NCBI GenBank assembly: GCA_963698465.1
Contig: CAVOQY010000004.1
Span: 227,609-291,608 of the forward strand
Length of the DNA: 64,000 bases
Origin: an uncultured delta proteobacterium
GTDB taxonomy: Bacteria; Desulfobacterota; Desulfobacteria; Desulfobacterales; UBA2156
Reading direction: 5' to 3'
Below are positions 19,138 to 29,129 of the stretch, piece by piece. The notes beneath the pieces were generated by a model. That model was not told the origin of the DNA, ran no database searches, and saw only the letters and a program-made list of their open reading frames with translations. Positions within the stretch are counted from its first letter, which is position 1, and each line of letters begins with the position of its first letter. The position numbers and the translations under genes are program-made.

Positions 19138-19968
19138 ATGAATAAGCCTATCAAAAAAATGGAAGCAGAGAAGGCAAAGGAATACCTGGAAAAGCGCTCC
19201 TCCCACGATTTTTCCCTGGTGGATGTCAGGGAGCCCTGGGAGTACGAGGAATTTCACCTTCCCGGCGCGAAACTGATCCCGCTGGCACAGCTCTCAGATC
19301 GCCTGGGGGAGGTTTCCCCGAAAAAACCGGCCCTCGTTTACTGCCGATCGGGCAACCGGAGCGCTTCCGCCGTCTCCCTCATGATGGGACAAGGGTTTGA
19401 AGAGGTCTACAATCTTGTCGGCGGCGTCATGGCCTGGAGGGGTGACTACGCCGTGGGCCCGTGGGATGCTGGGATTTATCATTTCACGGGAAAGGAGACG
19501 CCCCTGGAAATCCTGGGAGTCGCCTTTGCAATGGAGACCAACCTCAAGCTTTTTTACACGGAGATGGCTTCGTCGAAAAAAGGGACAGACTTGCAGGAAA
19601 CCTTTTCCCAGCTGGCGCGGTTCGAAGAGGGTCACCAGGTCCTGTTGGTCAGGATCGCAAAAGACCTGGGCGCGGAAGGAGACATCCGGAAGGACTTGGA
19701 AGCGCGGGGAAATATCACCGCCGTCGAGGGAGGATGGACTCCCGGGGATCTCCTGAAGGAGAGGAACGCTTTCCTCCGGACGGCGCAAGAGGCCGTGGAG
19801 GCCGCCATGATGTTCGAAGCGCAGGCCCTTGACCTTTATCTTCGCACTACCATGCGCATCCAGAATTCCGAAGGTCGAACCCTGCTGAGCCGGCTGGCAG
19901 ACCAGGAAAAAGAGCACCTCAAGGTGCTTGCCAGGCTCCTGGACCGGAAACGCGCTTCAAGCGCCTAG
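19138..19968 (+). CDS. Rhodanese domain + ferritin/rubrerythrin-like domain protein
   Basis: LVDVREPWEY..HLPGA, YCRSGNRS; C-terminal E..FY / EEGH / EAQALDLY / EKEH diiron-type pattern. Confidence 0.85.
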   Translation: MNKPIKKMEAEKAKEYLEKRSSHDFSLVDVREPWEYEEFHLPGAKLIPLAQLSDRLGEVSPKKPALVYCRSGNRSASAVSLMMGQGFEEVYNLVGGVMAWRGDYAVGPWDAGIYHFTGKETPLEILGVAFAMETNLKLFYTEMASSKKGTDLQETFSQLARFEEGHQVLLVRIAKDLGAEGDIRKDLEARGNITAVEGGWTPGDLLKERNAFLRTAQEAVEAAMMFEAQALDLYLRTTMRIQNSEGRTLLSRLADQEKEHLKVLARLLDRKRASSA

Positions 19969-20008
19969 CCTGAATGCACAATCCAGAAAGCACCCCGAGG
20001 TTCGCCAG

Positions 20009-20455
20009 ATGACCGGTATGCGCGCGAAGATGGAGGCGTTTCTGAAAGCCAACGACATGTGTGTCCTGGCCACCTCCTCCAGGGACAGGCCACACTGCTC
20101 TCTCATGGCCTACACGACGAACACTTCGTGTACCGAGGTCTACATGGCGACCTCGGCAAATTCCACCAAGTACGCCAACTTGCTTCGAAACCCGCGCGTG
20201 AGTCTTCTGGTGGACTCCAGGACGAAATCTCATCAGGGACAAGTTCAGGCTCTGACCGTTGAAGGGTTTTTTGAAAATTCCGTCACCCGGCAGGACCCAA
20301 CCGGGATCTTTTCCCTCCTTAAAGCCGCGCATCCGCATCTGACCGGATTTTTAAGCCTTGCGGATACAAAACTTTTGCGCATCCGCATCGTCTCTTTTCT
20401 GCTTCTGGAAGGGATTTCAAAGGCCTTCTTCGAGCAGGCGGAAACAGGCGGCTAA
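20009..20455 (+). CDS. Pyridoxamine 5'-phosphate oxidase-like FMN-binding protein
   Basis: CVLAT..PHCSLMAY, STKYANLLRNPRVSLLVD. Confidence 0.8.
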   Translation: MTGMRAKMEAFLKANDMCVLATSSRDRPHCSLMAYTTNTSCTEVYMATSANSTKYANLLRNPRVSLLVDSRTKSHQGQVQALTVEGFFENSVTRQDPTGIFSLLKAAHPHLTGFLSLADTKLLRIRIVSFLLLEGISKAFFEQAETGG

Positions 20456-20823
20456 GCGCCTGAGCCGACCAGCGGCAGTTGTTTTTCCACATTGAAATAG
20501 ACTAAAAAGCGGACTTCATCCTTTCCGTCGACATACTGGCGACGGCGGAAGCGTGCGATCTTTTCCGGGTCCTCCTCCTCGCGGTCTTTTACCAAGTATA
20601 GCCGGATTCCTTTGTACCCTTTCCCCTGTTCCATGAAAAGGTACGCGGCCCTGGGGTTGGATTGGAGGTTGAGGTGGGTCAGGCGATCCCGCATGATGAA
20701 GGCCAGGGAGCCATCTTCCATGACATGGGGCCTTGCGTAGAGGGCCGCGTTGACGTTTCCCTGACCGTCGGATGTGGCCAGAATCCCCACTCCTGAAGTG
20801 TTCTCGAAGTAGTCCTTGTTCAT
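20452..20823 (-). CDS. Pyridoxamine 5'-phosphate oxidase-like FMN-binding protein
   Basis: GILATSDGQGNVNAA, LTHLNLQSNPRAAYLF, YKGIRL; AGGAAGGA RBS. Confidence 0.8.
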   Translation of the reverse strand: MNKDYFENTSGVGILATSDGQGNVNAALYARPHVMEDGSLAFIMRDRLTHLNLQSNPRAAYLFMEQGKGYKGIRLYLVKDREEEDPEKIARFRRRQYVDGKDEVRFLVYFNVEKQLPLVGSGA

Positions 20824-21063
20824 GTCTCATCCTTCCTTTTGGGTTTGGTCTTCGTTTGGTGTGTTCTAAGTTGGCTTCGCGTTCCTGTGGTCCGCGGCGG
20901 TCCATTTCAAAGCGTCAAAAAGGTAACACCGAGAAAGTAGGTCGTCAAACCCCCTCGCAGCGCATCCCCCATATTCCGCAGCGCTTCCTGTAAAATCGAG
21001 TCTTTTACATTGTATCCAATTCAAGTACAATTGATCAACTACACACCCGAAGGAGAAACGACG

Positions 21064-21447
21064 ATGGAATTGCCGGGAAAGGGTGAAGTGGTCTCCCTGG
21101 AGAAGATCCGCGAAATTTGTAACCACTTCGGCCTTACGGATTTGTGGGACAAAATCGAAAAAGACGTCCCGGAAAAGCCTTTTAAAAGCGATGGGTGTTC
21201 CCTTTGGTTTGATACTTGGAAGGGGATCGACCTATATCCGGCGTGTTTTCTGCACGACCTGAAGTACTGGGCCGGGTATCCCGAGGAGGTGGTGGAGCGG
21301 CTCGTTGCGGACGCCGAACTCATGATCGCCGTCGCAAGGCTCTTGGGAACTACGGCCATGGCCGAAACCATGTTCCTTGGGGTTCGTCTAGGCGGTCACG
21401 AAAGGTTCAAACGATCCTTCTCATGGGGTTTCGGCCGGACGGCGTAA
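21064..21447 (+). CDS. Small protein with prokaryotic phospholipase A2-like motif
   Basis: AAGGAG RBS; SDGCS..ACFLHDLKY..RLVAD..FLGVRLGG. Confidence 0.65.
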   Translation: MELPGKGEVVSLEKIREICNHFGLTDLWDKIEKDVPEKPFKSDGCSLWFDTWKGIDLYPACFLHDLKYWAGYPEEVVERLVADAELMIAVARLLGTTAMAETMFLGVRLGGHERFKRSFSWGFGRTA

Positions 21448-23580
21448 GGCGCTATCCTCTTTTTTATCATCCAGGATCTCCCGCAGCTTCTGAGAAAGGG
21501 CCTCCAGACCGAACGGCTTCTGAATGAAGCCGCTGCATCCTTTTTCCAGAAGCGCCCCGGCCTGGTCATCGATGCTGTACCCGGAGGATAAGAGCACCCG
21601 GACTTCCGGGTTCATGCTCCACAGGCCTTCGCAAACTGCTTCCCCGCCCATTCCCGGCATGATGATGTCCAGGATGACGAGATCGATTGTTTTCCGGTGC
21701 CTTTCGTAGATATTCAGGGCCTCCCTCCCTCCGTTGGCCCGGAACACCTTATTCCCGAGCCGGACCAACATGGCCTCCCCTACATCCAGAACCATCTCCT
21801 CGTCGTCCACCAGGAGGATCGTCTCGGAGCCCTTCAAAAGTGCCGGAACCTTTGGAGCTTCCTTGACCGCGGCCTTCGGGGAGGCCGGAAGATGGATGGA
21901 AAAGGTGGCCCCCTCCCCCGGATTGCTTTCGACAGTGATGAATCCCCCGTGATTTTTCACGATGCCGTAAACGGAAGCAAGCCCAAGCCCCGTACCCCGC
22001 CCCTTTTCCTTGGTGCTGAAAAAGGGGTCAAAGACGCGCTTTTGAGTCTCTTCGTCCATACCGACCCCGGTATCGGTCACCGCCACCTTGACGAAACGCC
22101 CCGGAGTCACACCGAAAGGCCCCACGAATCGACCGTCCAAATCCACGTTTTGGGTCTCCAGAAAAAGATCGCCGCTTCCGCTCATGGCCTGCCAGGCATT
22201 CACCAGGAGATTCAGGAGTACCTGCTCCATCTGGGATCGATCCGCTTCCACCGCCCAGATATCTTCCTGTAAACGCTTGTGGATCTGGATCTCTTTTTGG
22301 ATCCTTCCGAACATGTCGGTGCTCTTTTCGATGATTTCGTTCAGGTCCTGGGGTCTGACCTCGTATTTGCCTCCCCGGGCCAGCCCCAGGAGTTGGCGGG
22401 TCAGGCCGGCCGCGGTTTTCACATGCTCCTCGATGCCTTTCAGGTTTTCATGCAAGGGGTCATCCGGTCGAAGTTCCATGGCCGTGAGCGTTGCCCTTCC
22501 CTGGATGCCCATGAGGAGATTGTTGAAGTCGTGGGCGATCCCGCCGGCCAGCGTCCCGATGGCCTCCATCTTTTGGGCCTGGAGAAGCTGGGCCTCCAGA
22601 GTCTTATTGGCCGTGAGATCCAGCACGACGCCCCGAAGTCCCACCGGTTCCCCGCCCCTGAGGATCCCTGTCGCCTGGACGGCACCCGGAAACCGGCTTC
22701 CGTCTTTTCGGAGCATTTCGTATTCGGAAACACCGACCGGTTGACCGGTCAGGATCCTCTCCAATTCCTGTCGTGTCCGGTCTCGCTGCTCCGGTACCAC
22801 CATGTCCAGTACATACAACCCTTTTGCAAAATCCTCGGACGTATATCGATACTGCTCGAACGCGGCCCGGTTGACAAAGGTGAGCCTTCCAGCGGGATCC
22901 GATTCAAAGATGACGGAAGGGAAGAGCTCTGCCGTCTCGTGGAATCGGGTTTCGCTGGTCTTGAGGGCCTTTTCGGCCTCCTTCTCCTTGCCTGAAGCGA
23001 CCTGAAGCCCCTTGAGAAGCACCGACACAGTAACCGACACCAAAGCGTTGGCAAACATGAAGGTGGCACCCGCTGCGATCATACGCCCTGTCGAAGGGAA
23101 CAAGGCATGGGGTTCGAAAGGGCCCGATGCCGGCAACCAGAAGCCGACCCCATAGAGTGTAACCGCGTTCATGAGCAGGGCGATGAGGGCGGCGGGAAGC
23201 CCCATGAGAATCCCGGCCAATACCGCGAAGGTGAAAAGCATAGCCGGGCCGCCGCTCAAGATCCCCACGGAAAAAAGAAGCCAGGTCCCCACCGCATAGA
23301 CAACCAAAAGAGTCAGGGCGGTCCGGAGATTGTGGGGGAGATCCTTTTTGAAAAGCAGCACCCCCCCCGCCGTCATGGCGAGGGTGTCTACGATCCCCAG
23401 GCTCCAGAATCGTTCTTTGAAGACCATAACCATTCCGGGGATGTAGGCGAAAAGTCCGATGAGGAGCCCGGCGACCAGGATGGCGTTCAGGATGCGCTCC
23501 CTCCAAAACTGGAGAGAGTCCTTGCTCTCTTTTCCCGAGGGAGAAAGAAGCTTCTCGACGAGTTTTAGCACTGACTGCAT
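21421..23580 (-). CDS. Membrane-bound hybrid sensor histidine kinase (PAS-HisKA-HATPase-REC)
   Basis: Several TM helices; QAQKMEAIGTLAGGIAHDFNN, NLLVNA, DTGVGM, FDPFFSTK, GTGLGL; receiver LLVDDE..DIIMP..KPF. Confidence 0.95.
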   Translation of the reverse strand: MQSVLKLVEKLLSPSGKESKDSLQFWRERILNAILVAGLLIGLFAYIPGMVMVFKERFWSLGIVDTLAMTAGGVLLFKKDLPHNLRTALTLLVVYAVGTWLLFSVGILSGGPAMLFTFAVLAGILMGLPAALIALLMNAVTLYGVGFWLPASGPFEPHALFPSTGRMIAAGATFMFANALVSVTVSVLLKGLQVASGKEKEAEKALKTSETRFHETAELFPSVIFESDPAGRLTFVNRAAFEQYRYTSEDFAKGLYVLDMVVPEQRDRTRQELERILTGQPVGVSEYEMLRKDGSRFPGAVQATGILRGGEPVGLRGVVLDLTANKTLEAQLLQAQKMEAIGTLAGGIAHDFNNLLMGIQGRATLTAMELRPDDPLHENLKGIEEHVKTAAGLTRQLLGLARGGKYEVRPQDLNEIIEKSTDMFGRIQKEIQIHKRLQEDIWAVEADRSQMEQVLLNLLVNAWQAMSGSGDLFLETQNVDLDGRFVGPFGVTPGRFVKVAVTDTGVGMDEETQKRVFDPFFSTKEKGRGTGLGLASVYGIVKNHGGFITVESNPGEGATFSIHLPASPKAAVKEAPKVPALLKGSETILLVDDEEMVLDVGEAMLVRLGNKVFRANGGREALNIYERHRKTIDLVILDIIMPGMGGEAVCEGLWSMNPEVRVLLSSGYSIDDQAGALLEKGCSGFIQKPFGLEALSQKLREILDDKKEDSALRRPAETP

Positions 23581-23684
23581 CCCGGTCTCTCTTGGACGTC
23601 ACTGAAGTTGCTGCATTTTAACTTGAAGCTGAAAGAAAGGCAAACTTTAAAAACAGCGACCAGAAAGGGAATTTTTGCTGAGAG

Positions 23685-24380
23685 TCAGCGGAAGAGGTTG
23701 TATTTGAGGATGCACCTCAAGGCGGAAATCCCGTCCTTCCAGCCGATCTTCTTTCCCTCCTTGTAGGTACGGCCGCTGTAGGAGATCCCCACTTCGTAGA
23801 TGCGACAGTCCAGCTTGGAAACTTTTGCGGTGATTTCAGGTTCGAAACCGAAGCGGTCCTCTTCGATGGTGATGGACTGGATGATTTCCTTCTTGAAGAC
23901 CTTATAGCAGGTTTCCATATCCGTGAGGTTGATGTTGGTGAGCATGTTGGAAAGGGTTGTGAGAAACCAATTCCCCACCATGTGCCAGTAGTACACCACC
24001 CGATGGGGATCGCCCCCGCTGAATCGAGACCCGAAGACCACATCTGCACGGCCATCCAGAATGGGTTGGATCAGCTTTGGATAATCGTCGGGGTCGTATT
24101 CAAGGTCAGCATCCTGAACGATGACAATCTCTCCGGTGGCTTCTGAGAACCCGCTCCGGAGGGCGGCACCCTTGCCCCGGTTTTTTTCGTGGCAGATCAC
24201 TTTTAGTGAAGGCTTGTCTGGCGCGATTTTTCGAAGGATTTGTTCCCGGGTCCCATCGGTGGAGCCGTCATCGACGAGGATGATTTCCTTGTCCGAAAAC
24301 GGGGCTTGTTCGACCCGATCGATAAGGGTCCCTACTGTGCTGACCTCGTTGTAACAGGGAATGATCACCGAAAGCTTCAT
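23685..24380 (-). CDS. GT2 glycosyltransferase, DPM1-like
   Basis: SVIIPCYNE, VDDGSTDGT, NRGKGAA, QDADLEYDP, TDMETCYK, FGFEPEIT. Confidence 0.9.
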   Translation of the reverse strand: MKLSVIIPCYNEVSTVGTLIDRVEQAPFSDKEIILVDDGSTDGTREQILRKIAPDKPSLKVICHEKNRGKGAALRSGFSEATGEIVIVQDADLEYDPDDYPKLIQPILDGRADVVFGSRFSGGDPHRVVYYWHMVGNWFLTTLSNMLTNINLTDMETCYKVFKKEIIQSITIEEDRFGFEPEITAKVSKLDCRIYEVGISYSGRTYKEGKKIGWKDGISALRCILKYNLFR

Positions 24381-24544
24381 GGCGTCTCTTTGGATAGAAA
24401 AAACGCTGTCATTTAAAACGGTCTTCATCGAAAAAAAGCGCAGCTTAAAAAAACTTCCCTGTTGCTACCCTAGCAGGGTTCACGCTGTCAATAATTTCAA
24501 GACACCTGTTTCCGGTTGCCCTCTGTCGGCCCTATTTCCCGCCG

Positions 24545-24573
24545 TTGACACACCCGCCCATAACGATTATGCT
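24545..24573 (+). promoter_or_regulatory. Putative sigma70 promoter of the NlpC-GNAT-hypE-apbE-rimO cluster
   Basis: TTGACA-17 nt-TATGCT. Confidence 0.55.
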
Positions 24574-24584
24574 CCCCCGGTAAT

Positions 24585-25181
24585 ATGAAGTCTTCTTTTC
24601 ACCGGCCGTTTTTCGAATTTGGCACCCCCGCATCGGAACGCGCGAAGCGGATCTTCGTTTTGTTCTTCGGCGCAGCCCTCTTGGCCGGCGGCTTCCTCGT
24701 TGTCATGACAGGTTGCTCCACCCTTCCCCCCTCCAGCCGTTCCTCCTACTATCCCGGAGCCCGGAAGACCGTGGATCCGGTCCCCTTCACACGATCCCAG
24801 ATCCGGGCCAGGCTCATGGCCCAATTCGAAGAATGGAAGGGGACCGATTACCGCCTGGGCGGGATGTCCCGCAGGGGGGTCGACTGTTCCGGATTCGTCC
24901 ATCTTACTTTCAGGGATCGCTTGGGGCTCCAGTTGCCCCGGTCGACCGATGCGCTATCCGAAACGGGAAATCGCATCTCCCCCCAGGAACTGGCTGCAGG
25001 AGACCTGGTTCTGTTCAAGACAGGGCTTTTTGCCAGGCATGTGGGCATTTACATCGGCGGCCGACGCTTCATCCACGCCTCCGCGTCGGAGGGGGTCGCC
25101 CTGTCGAGACTCTCGGACAAATACTGGGGGCCGCGCTTCTGGATGGCCAGGCGGGTGGCCTCTCCCGCCCCCAGTGATTGA
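24585..25181 (+). CDS. NlpC/P60 (C40) peptidoglycan endopeptidase, probable lipoprotein
   Basis: Lipobox-like MTGC; YRLGG, GVDCSGF, GDLVLF, HVGIY, FIHAS. Confidence 0.9.
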   Translation: MKSSFHRPFFEFGTPASERAKRIFVLFFGAALLAGGFLVVMTGCSTLPPSSRSSYYPGARKTVDPVPFTRSQIRARLMAQFEEWKGTDYRLGGMSRRGVDCSGFVHLTFRDRLGLQLPRSTDALSETGNRISPQELAAGDLVLFKTGLFARHVGIYIGGRRFIHASASEGVALSRLSDKYWGPRFWMARRVASPAPSD

Positions 25182-25204
25182 TCGGTAAACCCAAGGCAGC
25201 GTCC

Positions 25205-25750
25205 ATGGATCTGCTCGTCAGGCTTTATGAAATCGAGGATGATTGGGGCTTTTTGGATCTGCTGCGCAGACAGAAAACCGTTGTCCGCAAACCCATCGGG
25301 ACGGAAAGGCACCTTTTGCTCGAATGGGTGGGCCGGAACTTCAGCAGGGCATGGGAAAGTGAAACCGCCGCTGCCCTGACGCACACCCCTGCAACCTGTT
25401 TTACCGCCGTATACCAGGGGAAATTCGTGGGATTCGGATGCTTCGATGCCGCCGCTCTGGGCTTCTTCGGTCCTTTAGGTGTACTCAAGGCCCATCGGGA
25501 AAAAGGCATCGGAAGGGCCCTTTTCCTTTCCTGCCTTCTGGAGATGAAACTCAAGGGGTACGGATACGCCGTCATCGGCATGGCGGACCGGGAAGGCTTC
25601 TACCGTCACTGCGCGGGTGCGACGCGCATTTCCAGATCCTCGGGAAGCATCTGGAAAACATGGGTGCGGGAAAGACACCGGAGCCCAAAGGAGACCTCAC
25701 GTGCCAATCGGGTTGCCCCACAGAAACGGCCGGGGAGGCGGAGCACATGA
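25205..25750 (+). CDS. GNAT family N-acetyltransferase
   Basis: FFGPLGV..HREKGIGRAL acetyl-CoA motif; GYGYAVIG..FY; start uncertain (25178 or 25205). Confidence 0.8.
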   Translation: MDLLVRLYEIEDDWGFLDLLRRQKTVVRKPIGTERHLLLEWVGRNFSRAWESETAAALTHTPATCFTAVYQGKFVGFGCFDAAALGFFGPLGVLKAHREKGIGRALFLSCLLEMKLKGYGYAVIGMADREGFYRHCAGATRISRSSGSIWKTWVRERHRSPKETSRANRVAPQKRPGRRST

Positions 25751-26757
25751 AAAGCGGGATCGTTTTGCTGGATCACGGAAGCGGCGGAAAGATATCTCAT
25801 CGCCTTATTTCGGAAATGCTTGTCCCCCGGTTCGACAATCCCATCCTTTCACGCCTCGATGACGGTGCGGTGTTCGAGCCGCCTCCGGGCCGGCTGGCGT
25901 TTTCCACCGACACCTACGTGGTGGATCCCATTTTCTTTCCCGGTGGAAGCATCGGAGACCTGGCGGTCAATGGAACGGTTAACGATCTGGCCATGTGCGG
26001 CGCGACGCCCCTGTACCTTTCCGTGGGCCTGATCCTTGAGGAAGGTTTTTCTCTGGAGGACCTCAAGATCATCTGCAGCCACATCCAGGAAGCCTCCGTG
26101 CGGGCCGGCGTCACCGTGGTCACCGGGGACACCAAGGTGGTTCCCAGGGGATCGGCGGACAAGATCTTCATCAATACGTCTGGGATCGGGGCTATTCCGG
26201 CTCACGTGAATGTTTCGGGGCGATACGCAAAAGCCGGAGACCGCATCCTTCTCAGCGGAAGCATCGCCGAGCACGGGGTCGCCGTCTTGGCCAAGCGGGA
26301 AGGCCTCGAATTCGACGTCCCGGTGGTCAGCGACACCGCCCCTCTCAACCATCTGGTGCGGCGCATGCTGGAAACCGGCCGGGAAATCCACGCCCTCAGA
26401 GACCCCACCCGAGGCGGGGTGGGCTCGACCCTGAACGAGATTGCCCTCGCTTCCGGGGCCGGCATCTTGATCCACGAAGAACGCATCCCGGTCAAACCGG
26501 AAGTCCGAGGCCTATGCAATCTTCTGGGGTTTGACCCCCTCTATGTGGCCAACGAGGGAAAGCTTCTGGCTTTCCTCCCGGAACCAGCCTGCGATACGGT
26601 ATTGGAGGCGATGCATCAAGACCCTGCCGGAAAAGACGCGTGCGTCATTGGGGAGGTGACCGAAGCATATCCGGGAAAAGTGGTCATGAAGACCTCCATC
26701 GGCGGGAGCCGGTTCGTGGACATGCTGACCGGCGAGCAGCTGCCCAGAATCTGCTGA
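25747..26757 (+). CDS. hypE: Hydrogenase maturation carbamoyl dehydratase HypE
   Basis: HGSGG, FFPGGSIGDLAVNGTVNDLAM, TGDTKVV, RDPTRGG, ANEGK, C-terminal LPRIC. Confidence 0.95.
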   Translation: MKSGIVLLDHGSGGKISHRLISEMLVPRFDNPILSRLDDGAVFEPPPGRLAFSTDTYVVDPIFFPGGSIGDLAVNGTVNDLAMCGATPLYLSVGLILEEGFSLEDLKIICSHIQEASVRAGVTVVTGDTKVVPRGSADKIFINTSGIGAIPAHVNVSGRYAKAGDRILLSGSIAEHGVAVLAKREGLEFDVPVVSDTAPLNHLVRRMLETGREIHALRDPTRGGVGSTLNEIALASGAGILIHEERIPVKPEVRGLCNLLGFDPLYVANEGKLLAFLPEPACDTVLEAMHQDPAGKDACVIGEVTEAYPGKVVMKTSIGGSRFVDMLTGEQLPRIC

Positions 26758-26803
26758 TCCCCAAAAAGCGGCAGAAAGGCCCTTTCAGGGAAAAACACCG
26801 CGC

Positions 26804-27832
26804 ATGAAAAAAATCTCGGGTTTGTTTCTCTTTTTGTCCCTGCTCTTCCCCGGAATCCCGGCGACGGCCGGCTCCGAAAGCCTCGAGTTTTCGGGCAGGA
26901 CCATGGGGACCACCTATCGCGTCAAGGCTTTTGCCGAATCGGGCACGAAGGTCAGCGGCCTGGATACCAGGATCCGGGAGCGGCTTGATGCCATCAACCG
27001 GAGCATGTCCACCTACCTGCCCGAAAGCGAGATCAACCGTTTCAATATCCTGAAAACCGCGGGGAAGCCCTTCCCTGTTTCTGAAGAATTTCAAAAGGTT
27101 CTGCAGGCCGCACAAGAGGTCTACCGGCTCACCGGCGGTGCTTGGGACGGCACCGTCAAACCGCTGGTGGATCTCTGGGGTTTTGGTCCTCCGGGCGCCA
27201 GAAATGCGCCCCCCGACCCGGAAAAGATCAGGGAGGCCCTTAAAAAAGTGGGATTTCATCGAATCCGAATCTCGGGAAACGGTTATCTCGTCAAGGAAAA
27301 TGCCTCCGTCTCCCTGGATCTGGCCTCCATCGCCAAAGGTTACGGCGTAGACAGCCTTGCCGCGCTGCTGCAAGCAAACGGTATCCGGCGGTTCCTCGTG
27401 GAGATCGGCGGGGAAGTCTTTGCGGCGGGGTTGAAGCCGGACGGGAGCCGCTGGCGCATCGGAATCAACGAACCCACCCCGGGCACCCCTTTGGACCGGG
27501 TGTACAAGGTATTAGCCCTGAAGGACATGGCGCTGGCCACCAGCGGGGATTACCGGAATTTCTTTGAACACGGGGGGATACGGTACGCCCATGTCATTGA
27601 CCCGAGGACGGGATATCCGGTATCCAACGGCGTGGTAAGCGTTTCCGTTCTGGCAAAGACCTGCATGCTGGCCGATGCCCTGGCCACTGCTCTCATGGTC
27701 ATGGGGCCGGAAAAGGGGATGGAACTGGTGGAGCGCCTCGAATCCGTGCAGTGCCTGATCCTCGTGCAAAACAAAGAGACTCCCTTGAAGGAGTTTTTCT
27801 CCAATGGCTTTTACAAAACTGCATCTGATTAG
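26804..27832 (+). CDS. apbE: FAD:protein FMN transferase
   Basis: TMGTTY, DLASIAKGYGVD, EIGGE, ATSGDYRN, HVIDPRTGYP, ADALAT. Confidence 0.93.
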   Translation: MKKISGLFLFLSLLFPGIPATAGSESLEFSGRTMGTTYRVKAFAESGTKVSGLDTRIRERLDAINRSMSTYLPESEINRFNILKTAGKPFPVSEEFQKVLQAAQEVYRLTGGAWDGTVKPLVDLWGFGPPGARNAPPDPEKIREALKKVGFHRIRISGNGYLVKENASVSLDLASIAKGYGVDSLAALLQANGIRRFLVEIGGEVFAAGLKPDGSRWRIGINEPTPGTPLDRVYKVLALKDMALATSGDYRNFFEHGGIRYAHVIDPRTGYPVSNGVVSVSVLAKTCMLADALATALMVMGPEKGMELVERLESVQCLILVQNKETPLKEFFSNGFYKTASD

Positions 27833-29129
27833 CCTGGGATGCCCGAAAAACCGCGTCGACAGCGAAATCATGCTGGGACAGCTGATGGACGCCGGCGTCG
27901 AAATCACCCCGGACCCCAATGAGGCTCATATCATCGTGGTCAACACCTGCAGTTTCATCGAGTCCGCAGTGGACGAGTCCATCGACGCGATCCTCGAGGC
28001 GGCCCGCTGCAAGACCACGGGATTGTGCCGCCGGCTCGTCGTCACGGGATGCCTCCCCGAACGTTTCCGGGAAACCCTTTCCCGTTCGCTCCCGGAGGTG
28101 GATGCCTTCCTCGGAACCGGGGCCTATGAGAGCATCCTCTCCGCCGTCACCGGAGATTTAGGCAAAAATACCTATCTGCTTCCGGATCCCGATACTCGGC
28201 TTCCTTTAAGGGCCGACCAACACCGGATACGGAGCACGGCCCACATGGCCTATCTCAAGATCGCCGAGGGGTGCAACCGGCGATGTACTTATTGCATCAT
28301 TCCCCGTCTCCGGGGTCGGCAAAAAAGCCGCCCCATCCGTTCCATCCTCGACGAGGCCGGGCTCCTTGTCGCAAAAGGCGCAAAGGAGCTGGTCCTGGTA
28401 GCCCAGGAGACCACCGCTTACGGCACCGACCTCTCGCCGGAAATCTCCCTGGAAAACCTCCTGGTACCGCTGGCCGATCTGCCCGGTGACTTCCGAATCC
28501 GATTTCTTTACGGCCACCCGGAAAGCCTGACCGACGCCCTTATGGAAACAGTGGCACGGCACCCCAAGCTTTGCCCTTACTTCGATATCCCTGTCCAACA
28601 TGCCAGCGACCGAATCCTCAGAAAAATGGGCCGGTCCTATACCCGACAAGCCCTTGACCGCCTGTTCGACCAAATCCGGACCAAAGCACCCGGCGCCGCC
28701 CTTCGAACCACCTTCCTAGTCGGGTTCCCGGGGGAAACGGAAGAAGATTTTAAATTGCTGTGCGAATTGGCCCAGGATATCCGCTTCGATCATGCCGGAG
28801 TCTTCACCTATTCCGATGCGGACGACGTCCCGGCGCATCGGTTAGAGGGACAGGTACCCAAATCGACGGCTCAGAAAAGGCGGCGGCGGCTCATGCATTT
28901 ACAATCCAGAATTTCACTTGAAAAAAATCAGGGGCACCTGAACCGGGTCTATCCGGTGCTTTTGGAGAAGAAAGCAAAAAAGGGGCTTTTCAGCGGACGA
29001 ACAGTATTTCAGGCCCCTGAAATCGACGGCATCACTCGGGTCTCAGGCCGAGGCCTCGATACGGGCTCTTTCGTCCGTGTCCGCATCACCGAAGCCGGGA
29101 CTTACGACCTCAAGGGGGTGGCGGTTTGA
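27804..29129 (+). CDS. rimO: Ribosomal protein S12 methylthiotransferase
   Basis: SLGCPKNRVDSE, NTCSFI, YLKIAEGCNRRCTYC, LRTTFLVGFPGET, APEIDG. Confidence 0.95.
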   Translation: MAFTKLHLISLGCPKNRVDSEIMLGQLMDAGVEITPDPNEAHIIVVNTCSFIESAVDESIDAILEAARCKTTGLCRRLVVTGCLPERFRETLSRSLPEVDAFLGTGAYESILSAVTGDLGKNTYLLPDPDTRLPLRADQHRIRSTAHMAYLKIAEGCNRRCTYCIIPRLRGRQKSRPIRSILDEAGLLVAKGAKELVLVAQETTAYGTDLSPEISLENLLVPLADLPGDFRIRFLYGHPESLTDALMETVARHPKLCPYFDIPVQHASDRILRKMGRSYTRQALDRLFDQIRTKAPGAALRTTFLVGFPGETEEDFKLLCELAQDIRFDHAGVFTYSDADDVPAHRLEGQVPKSTAQKRRRRLMHLQSRISLEKNQGHLNRVYPVLLEKKAKKGLFSGRTVFQAPEIDGITRVSGRGLDTGSFVRVRITEAGTYDLKGVAV

